Shown: positions 57,572-64,000 of the stretch, one piece after another
How the letters are laid out: each line of letters begins with the position of its first letter
How positions within the stretch are numbered: the first letter of the stretch is position 1
NCBI GenBank assembly: GCA_946187445.1
Contig: CAMHQF010000007.1
Span: forward strand, 2,581 to 66,580
Source: an uncultured Prevotellaceae bacterium
Lineage (GTDB): Bacteria > Bacteroidota > Bacteroidia > Bacteroidales > Bacteroidaceae
Length of the DNA stretch: 64,000 bases
Direction: 5' to 3'
The notes under the pieces: generated by a model
What the model saw: the letters and a program-made list of their open reading frames with translations, nothing else
Databases searched by the model: none
What the model was told of the DNA's origin: nothing
Position numbers and translations under genes: made by a program

Positions 57572-59368
57572 TTATTTAAGTTTTAAGCCTTTCCAAGTAT
57601 CGGCAATGCCAACAGAGGATGTTACTGAAGGTGTTTGGCTCTTGCCGTTGCTAACAATGCTCTTGCGAGCAACTTGGTCTGTAATGTAATTACTTAGGTC
57701 ACCATAGGTTACGTTACCATTTGACTCTTTCAGTTTTTTCAACAAATAATAAGTAAAGAGACCATGCCCCTGCGTTTTCAAAGGATAGGCAGTCTCATCA
57801 CCCTGGGCAGCAGAGAATACCACCATTTTGCCCTTGGGTTGCTGAGGCTTGGCCTTAATAGCCACACCACGTGCTGAAGCTAACATGCCTTCACCACGCT
57901 TCGAGCCACTGAAGCAGGCATCCATGAAAATGGTGACGCTGGTAGCCTCCAATTGTCCCAATTGCTGATAGAACTTTGCAAGGCTATAGCCAGTATCAAG
58001 CATCGAGCCCTTGCCGTCTACAGGCAAAAGATATGAATTGCCTGTCTTTTCATCTGGGATGCCATGCCCAGCATAATATACAATGAATCGAGCCCTGCCC
58101 TTGTAGGCACTTGCCACCTGTTGCAGCCAGGACATTTCTGCCCTCATATTGTTCAGCGTGGCATCCTTGCGAAAGTGAATGTTGTCAGAGGGCAGTCCCA
58201 ACACCTTCTCACAATAGGTCTTGAACGACTCCCCGTCATTCAGTGCATAGTCCACCTTCACCTCCTCCTGATAGTTTTCGTTGGCGAAGATGACAGCAAA
58301 GGTGTTGTCGTTGTCTGCGGCATTCGTCGGAATATTCTGATCTATGTCCGATAAGATATTAACGGGTTCTGCAGGCGAAGGTGTTTCAACAGGTGTTGGT
58401 GTCTGCTGACGGGCAACAGCATTCTGAGCAGATGTTTTGTTTCCCAACATCGCAAGGTTCTTCGTTGCCAAAGATGCCACCCAATCACCATAGTTATTAT
58501 ATGCAAAGGCGCCAAAGGCTCCGTTATTGTAACAGAGTTGCAGATTATTCTTTGATGCTTCAAGCCCTTTCTTCGCACCTTCGTAAAAATATAGGGCTGC
58601 CTTTTCGTAATTCTTTTCAACACCATTTCCATTATAGTAAGCATGTCCCATATTGTTAAAAGCCATGGCATTACCCAATGCTATAGCTTTCTCTAGCAAT
58701 TCTAATCCCTTGGTTGTATTCTGAGGTAAAACATTGCCATTCATATAAGCTAATCCTAAATCGTTAAGGGCTTGCGAATGATCTTGTCCTGCTGCTTTTT
58801 CCAGCCATTGATAGGCCTCTTGCGGATTCGAGTTCTTTAGTTTAATGTACATATTGTATTGTGCCACGGCATTTCCTCTCTCCGCTGCTTGACGAGTGTA
58901 TGATTCCGACTTCCTGGCATCTTTTGACACGCCATAACCATGCTCGTACATATGTCCCAAGTTAACTATCGCATCCATACATCCCCTTTCAGCTGCCTTT
59001 TCAAAATATGTTAATGCTTTTTTGTAGTTCTGTTTAATGGGCTGATAACCATAATAATAAAAGCAGCCCAACAGATAGGTGGCATAAACATGTCCTTGCT
59101 TGGAGGCCTTTTCCAAATAATTGAAGGATTTATTCCTATCTATTGCTACGCCAGAATTCTTGCATAATTCCGGATTAGCAAGACCATAATAGCAGTAACC
59201 AACCTGAAACTGTGCCGTCATGTCGCCAGCATCCGCTTTTGTAATTAAATCTGACGTATATTTAAACGGCAGCGGATTAGCCGAATCGTTTTGTGCAAAT
59301 GTGATACTAACATGGAGAATAGTCAACAGTGCAAACAAAATACAGAGTTTAAATTTAGCGTTCATCAT
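57572..59368 (-). CDS. Signal peptide + Sel1-like repeats + caspase-like (peptidase C14) domain
   Basis: About six A...LG..Y..G.G Sel1 repeats; YYAGHG and DACFSG catalytic dyad; HGLFTYYLL and QTP motifs. Confidence 0.88.
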   Translation of the reverse strand: MMNAKFKLCILFALLTILHVSITFAQNDSANPLPFKYTSDLITKADAGDMTAQFQVGYCYYGLANPELCKNSGVAIDRNKSFNYLEKASKQGHVYATYLLGCFYYYGYQPIKQNYKKALTYFEKAAERGCMDAIVNLGHMYEHGYGVSKDARKSESYTRQAAERGNAVAQYNMYIKLKNSNPQEAYQWLEKAAGQDHSQALNDLGLAYMNGNVLPQNTTKGLELLEKAIALGNAMAFNNMGHAYYNGNGVEKNYEKAALYFYEGAKKGLEASKNNLQLCYNNGAFGAFAYNNYGDWVASLATKNLAMLGNKTSAQNAVARQQTPTPVETPSPAEPVNILSDIDQNIPTNAADNDNTFAVIFANENYQEEVKVDYALNDGESFKTYCEKVLGLPSDNIHFRKDATLNNMRAEMSWLQQVASAYKGRARFIVYYAGHGIPDEKTGNSYLLPVDGKGSMLDTGYSLAKFYQQLGQLEATSVTIFMDACFSGSKRGEGMLASARGVAIKAKPQQPKGKMVVFSAAQGDETAYPLKTQGHGLFTYYLLKKLKESNGNVTYGDLSNYITDQVARKSIVSNGKSQTPSVTSSVGIADTWKGLKLK

Positions 59369-59644
59369 ATTCAATTTATTATTTGGTTTTAACTGACTAT
59401 ACATAATTAGCGTTCAAATCTTATAGATAAACATGCTGAGGCAAAGGTAATTAAAAACTTTTATTTGGCAAAAAAATACATAAAAAAATCTAAGATCATT
59501 TTTCTATTTGTTATTTTCGTACTTCCATAAAAAATGGCGAAGCGAACTTAGGTTGTTGAGACGACAAAGGAATTGTCACTTAATGACAGAAGATAATGTT
59601 ATATCATAGCATCAGCATGTTGGAAGGTATGCATAGACGGCATA

Positions 59645-59684
59645 ATGATAAAAGGGCGGACTTCACAGCCTGCCCTTTTATCAT
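59645..59684. terminator. Long hairpin / bidirectional terminator
   Basis: ATGATAAAAGGGCGG / CTGCCCTTTTATCAT. Confidence 0.7.
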
Positions 59685-60010
59685 ACAAAAACATTATGAA
59701 CTTTATCTTATTAACAAAAGTGACCACGGATGGCACGGATGAACACTGATGCGAAGTACATGCCTCTCTATGCCAAGCGTGAAATCTTTTGCAAAGGTAC
59801 GGCGATTTCATATAATACACAATACCTATTTTATGGTATTTTTCTCACGCTTGACACAAGAAATAAATCACGTTTGTACCCACTTTAAAAAAAAGTAACT
59901 CTGACTCATGCTAAGTCAAGTTACTCCGTCTCGACAAAAAAAGAAAGGAGTTTCTTTGTTTTGTGCTCGACTTTTCGTAACTTTGCACATAAATAGCACA
60001 AAAACAAGGT

Positions 60011-60271
60011 ATGAAGACAAAGCACATTATGTTTACACCGTCAGGGGTATGCTCCAAGGCTATCGACGTAACGGCTGACGAGAATGGTATTATACAACAG
60101 GTGCACTTCGTGGGTGGATGCAACGGAAACCTGCAGGGTATCAGCAAACTGGTGACGGGACAGAAGATAGATGACGTAATAGAGAAACTGCACGGCATAC
60201 GATGTGGCATGAAGACTACTTCGTGCCCAGACCAACTGAGCGAGGCACTGAAGACGCTGAGAGACTCCTGA
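60011..60271 (+). CDS. TSCPD-domain protein (TIGR03905-like)
   Basis: GVCS, GGC.GN, GI.C and TSCPDQL motifs. Confidence 0.9.
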   Translation: MKTKHIMFTPSGVCSKAIDVTADENGIIQQVHFVGGCNGNLQGISKLVTGQKIDDVIEKLHGIRCGMKTTSCPDQLSEALKTLRDS

Positions 60272-60283
60272 CAGCTAAGAAAA

Positions 60284-61840
60284 ATGATAAGGTCAGCATA
60301 TATCGTCATATTCATCACACTGCTCCTGGCAGGGTGCGGACGCATAGGCAGTATGGTGGGCGTGATGGAGGAGCAACCCTTCGGCTTATACCAAGACTCC
60401 CTTGATGATCTACGCATGAGAAGTGCACTGCATGGGGTGACGGCGGCTGACTCTTCGTCATGGAAGGCGGACATCATAGTGAAGCACCGCTATGACAGCA
60501 TAGCCGACACTGCGGGCATACCGCTTTGGATATGGTTTTCTGCTGAGAAGGGATTATCTGACGATGCTGATGACTTCGTGAGTTTCATGGAAGAGGAACT
60601 GCCCCGTCATGGATTGGCAGCAGAGGCTTTCTGTCTGCCCGAGATAGCGCAGGATGTGGCTACAGTGCGCCATCTCGCCTTTGACTCTCTCGGACTGGAC
60701 ATCAACGAGATACTGCCACGATTGGACTACAACCTCTCCAAGGCATACGTGAAGTATGTCACGGGCATGAGATACGGCTTTATGCAGCCTGCCAAACTCC
60801 TCAACCGTCTGTACCAAAAGACTAACGGGATGACAGGTGTGACATCGTACGCTCACCTCTATGACTACGCTACGGCGGTGCCTGACTATGGCGAGGCACT
60901 GGGCATGCTCTCGGCGGACAGCCGCATGGAGCACTTGCATGGCTCGATGCCTGCCTACACATCGCTGTACAGCGCACTGCAGGAGGAACTGACGGGCACC
61001 ACCGACGGCGAGAAGCGATGGAGAATACTCACCAACATGGAACGATGCCGATGGAGGATAAAACATCCTGCGGCGGACGAGCGCAGAGTGATGGTCAACA
61101 TACCGTCACAGTACCTGTGGGCGATAGCGCGTGACACGATGCTTACGATGAAGGTTGCCGTGGGGGCATGGGACACCAAGACACCACTACTGTGCAGCGA
61201 GATTGCGTACATGCAGGTGAATCCGGAATGGAGCCTGCCACCAAAGATAGCGGCATCGGACTTCACACGGCATGCGGGCGACTCGGCATGGTTTGCACGT
61301 CACCGCTACTTCGCCGTGCACCGCGGCACCGGCGATACCATAAACATAGCACACATGGGGGGCGAGAGTTTCAAAAACGCCGCGATACGCTTCGTGCAGC
61401 GTGGCGGACAGGGCAATGCGCTGGGAAGGATAGTATTTCGCTTCAGCAATAGTTTTTCGATATATCTGCATGACACCAACTCGCCAGGGGTATTCAGCCG
61501 TGACCGCCGCACGGTGTCGCATGGCTGCATACGTGTGGAGCGCCCTTATGACCTCGCCATATTCCTCCTGCCTGGCATAAGCGAGTGGACACGCGACTGC
61601 CTGCGCATATCGATGGACATGCAGCCTGAGACGGAGCGCGGCATGAGGTGGCTCGCCTCGCACCGTAACGAGCAGCGCCCCTACCGCCTGCTGACATACC
61701 ACAAGATTTCTCCGCGCGTACCCATATATATAATGTACTACACGATGTACCCTAATCCACAGACGGGGGTGATGGAGACGTTCCCCGACATCTATGGCTA
61801 CGACAAACCCGTTTACGAAAAGATACAATCTCTCTTCTGA
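60284..61840 (+). CDS. L,D-transpeptidase family lipoprotein (YcbB-like)
   Basis: Lipobox LAGC, VNIP, NPEW..P, NALG, IYLHDT...SHGCIRV motifs. Confidence 0.92.
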   Translation: MIRSAYIVIFITLLLAGCGRIGSMVGVMEEQPFGLYQDSLDDLRMRSALHGVTAADSSSWKADIIVKHRYDSIADTAGIPLWIWFSAEKGLSDDADDFVSFMEEELPRHGLAAEAFCLPEIAQDVATVRHLAFDSLGLDINEILPRLDYNLSKAYVKYVTGMRYGFMQPAKLLNRLYQKTNGMTGVTSYAHLYDYATAVPDYGEALGMLSADSRMEHLHGSMPAYTSLYSALQEELTGTTDGEKRWRILTNMERCRWRIKHPAADERRVMVNIPSQYLWAIARDTMLTMKVAVGAWDTKTPLLCSEIAYMQVNPEWSLPPKIAASDFTRHAGDSAWFARHRYFAVHRGTGDTINIAHMGGESFKNAAIRFVQRGGQGNALGRIVFRFSNSFSIYLHDTNSPGVFSRDRRTVSHGCIRVERPYDLAIFLLPGISEWTRDCLRISMDMQPETERGMRWLASHRNEQRPYRLLTYHKISPRVPIYIMYYTMYPNPQTGVMETFPDIYGYDKPVYEKIQSLF

Positions 61841-61846
61841 TAGAAA

Positions 61847-62815
61847 ATGGCTAATTTGGAAGTAATGATATCACTGGTGGCGATAGTGGTCATCGGCTTC
61901 GTCGCTGGAAAAGTGGGGTATATGAATGAGGAGTTTGACAAGAAGCTCTCTGCCCTTATAGTCAACATCACATGTCCGGCACTGATACTGTCATCGACGA
62001 TGGGAGACATCCTACCCGACCGCAACATGATACTGCCTCTGCTGGGCATAAGTTTTCTCACCTACATACTGCTGACGGGGGTGAGCCTTACCCTACCCCG
62101 ACTGCTGACGCGCAGAAGGGAGGACATGGGCGTAGTGGGCTTCGCACTGATGTTTGGCAACGTAGGGTTCATAGGCTACCCTATAGTGGCGAGCATATTC
62201 GGCTATGAAGCGGTATTCTATGCTGCCATACTCAACGTGGCTAACACCTTCTTCGTGTTTACGGTGGGGAATATGCTGATTGCTAACGGGGACGATAACG
62301 TTAACGATAACCTTAACGAAAACGAAACGCTCCTTCGGAGCTACGAAAACCTGAAGAGAAAATTCAAGAAGAAGGTGCTGTACAGCACTCCAATGATTGC
62401 TGCCTACCTGTCAATGCTGATAGTGGCACTGGGCATCACAGGGATACCGACGGCGGTGAGCAAGCCGCTGACGATGGTAGGCAACATCACGGTGCCTGGT
62501 GCGCTGCTCATCATTGGTTCTACTATGTCGCAACTATCGGGCAGGGCTATGCTGGGCAACGTAACGGTGTATGCTACGTCGGTATGCCGACTGATACTGA
62601 TACCTGGTGCGCTATACTTACTGTTTAATGTTGTGGGCTTCAGCGAGTATGTGGTAAATATCAATACGGTGATTATCGCGATGCCTGTAGCAACGTACGG
62701 CACCATACTGTGCCTGATAAATAACAAGGACACTACCCTGATGACGGAACTGACGTTTACCACCACGATAATGTCATTGCTGACCATACCACTGCTCTCG
62801 CAGTTTTTCTCATAA
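61847..62815 (+). CDS. AEC (auxin efflux carrier) family transporter
   Basis: FGNVGFIGYP and AMPVA motifs; about ten TM segments. Confidence 0.9.
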   Translation: MANLEVMISLVAIVVIGFVAGKVGYMNEEFDKKLSALIVNITCPALILSSTMGDILPDRNMILPLLGISFLTYILLTGVSLTLPRLLTRRREDMGVVGFALMFGNVGFIGYPIVASIFGYEAVFYAAILNVANTFFVFTVGNMLIANGDDNVNDNLNENETLLRSYENLKRKFKKKVLYSTPMIAAYLSMLIVALGITGIPTAVSKPLTMVGNITVPGALLIIGSTMSQLSGRAMLGNVTVYATSVCRLILIPGALYLLFNVVGFSEYVVNINTVIIAMPVATYGTILCLINNKDTTLMTELTFTTTIMSLLTIPLLSQFFS

Positions 62816-62838
62816 AAAGCCATAACCCTATAAAAAGG

Positions 62839-62912
62839 AACCCCTCCAAATCTCATAAGATTCAGAGGGGTTTCTTTAAGTCCCCCTATGCAGGGGGAAT
62901 GAAGGGGCTTTT
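62839..62912. repeat. REP-like palindromes / terminator between convergent genes
   Basis: AACCCCTC..GAGGGGTT and TCCCCCT-ATGC-AGGGGGA hairpins. Confidence 0.55.
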
Positions 62913-62913
62913 C

Positions 62914-64000
62914 TTATTCATCAAGAAGTATGCGCATCATCTCGATGGCAGACTTGGCAACTGGTGTGCCAGGTCCGAAGATAGCCGCCACACCAGCCTT
63001 GTAGAGGAAGTCGTAGTCCTGTGCAGGGATGACACCACCTGCGATGACCATGATATCCTCACGACCGAGTTTCTTCAGTTCCTCGAAGAGCTGAGGGATG
63101 AGAGTCTTGTGACCAGCAGCAAGAGATGAAACACCGATAATGTTGACATCATTCTCCACTGCCTCACGGGCAGCCTCTTCCGGAGTTTGGAAGAGTGGTC
63201 CCATATCAACATCGTAGCCACAGTCTGCATAGCCCGTTGCTACAACCTTTGCGCCGCGGTCGTGTCCGTCCTGTCCCATCTTTGCCACGAAGATACGAGG
63301 GCGACGACCAAACCTATCAGCAAACTGCTGAGTAAGTTGACAAGCCTTCTCAAAGTCCTTGTCGTTGTTTGTTTCTGATTTATACACGCCTGATATTGTT
63401 CTGATTACTGCCTTATAACGTCCTACGATTTTCTCGCAGGCATCACTTATCTCACCAAGGGTACAACGCACCTTGGCACACTCTACTGCTGCTGCAAGAA
63501 GGTTGCCTTCACCTGTCTCCACCACCTTGGTGAGAGCGTCGAGAGTCTCTTTTACCTTTGTCTCATCACGGTTAGCCTTGAGTTCTTTGAGAGCCTCCTC
63601 CTGCTGCTTGCGCACTGTGGTATTGTCAACCTCGAGGATGTCGATGGGGTCTTCATGGTCGAGACGATACTTGTTGGTGCCCACGATGGTCTGCTGACCA
63701 GAGTCGATACGAGCCTGAGTGCGTGCTGCTGCTTCCTCGATGCGCATCTTTGGTACACCTGTCTCAATAGCCTTTGCCATGCCGCCCAGTTCCTCAATCT
63801 CCTGAATGAGAGCCCATGCCTTGTGAACGAGTTCGTTGGTGAGATACTCCACATAGTAAGAGCCTGCCCATGGGTCTATCTCCTTGCACACCTTGGTCTC
63901 GTTCTGTATGTAGATCTGAGTGTTACGAGCTATGCGGGCAGAGAAGTCGGTAGGCAGTGCGATAGCCTCATCGAGGGAGTTGGTATGGAGCGACTGGGTA
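62914..64000 (-). CDS. scpA: Methylmalonyl-CoA mutase large subunit, C-terminal part
   Basis: [12 protein letters not shown] at the window edge, [18 protein letters not shown]12-binding motif and SSLAAGH. Confidence 0.96.
   Translation of the reverse strand, partial: TQSLHTNSLDEAIALPTDFSARIARNTQIYIQNETKVCKEIDPWAGSYYVEYLTNELVHKAWALIQEIEELGGMAKAIETGVPKMRIEEAAARTQARIDSGQQTIVGTNKYRLDHEDPIDILEVDNTTVRKQQEEALKELKANRDETKVKETLDALTKVVETGEGNLLAAAVECAKVRCTLGEISDACEKIVGRYKAVIRTISGVYKSETNNDKDFEKACQLTQQFADRFGRRPRIFVAKMGQDGHDRGAKVVATGYADCGYDVDMGPLFQTPEEAAREAVENDVNIIGVSSLAAGHKTLIPQLFEELKKLGREDIMVIAGGVIPAQDYDFLYKAGVAAIFGPGTPVAKSAIEMMRILLDE

Noticed and set aside
52947-59404. Genomic island integrated at tRNA-Lys
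   Set aside because: Accessory-looking genes follow the tRNA, but no integrase or duplicated tRNA 3' end was seen.
3199-63854. Many long antisense or alternate-frame ORFs (e.g. 3199-3843, 30543-31349, 44405-45109, 61187-61828)
   Set aside because: They are shadows of well-supported genes, expected from codon bias.

Overview
Core-genome segment of a Bacteroidales bacterium, most likely Prevotellaceae. This is inferred from the TAnnTTTG promoters, gene content and gene order. About 55 CDSs and one tRNA-Lys(CTT) were found. They cover translation (infC-rpmI-rplT, rplU-rpmA), aromatic amino acid, Leu, Met, pyrimidine and purine biosynthesis, gdhA, cell envelope genes, pectin use (GH28, uxaC), a RelE/ParE-type toxin-antitoxin pair and a signal-peptide-bearing Sel1-caspase. 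No CRISPR array, integrase or transposase was seen. The main observations are: (1) an inositol-lipid operon whose nucleotidyltransferase is fused to an ATP-grasp domain with ITPK1-like (inositol phosphate kinase) motifs; (2) an unannotated Tyr/Phe/Trp-rich leader peptide with terminator and antiterminator in front of the pheA-tyrA operon; (3) six promoters built as four heptamers + 12-13 nt + the -7 box; (4) a family of short tandem-repeat/mini-hairpin elements that also lie in-frame inside unrelated proteins; (5) dispersed 21/22-bp-period palindrome arrays, a deleted caspase paralogue and two small ORFs missing from the ORF track. All calls come from reading the sequence; no database searches were run.
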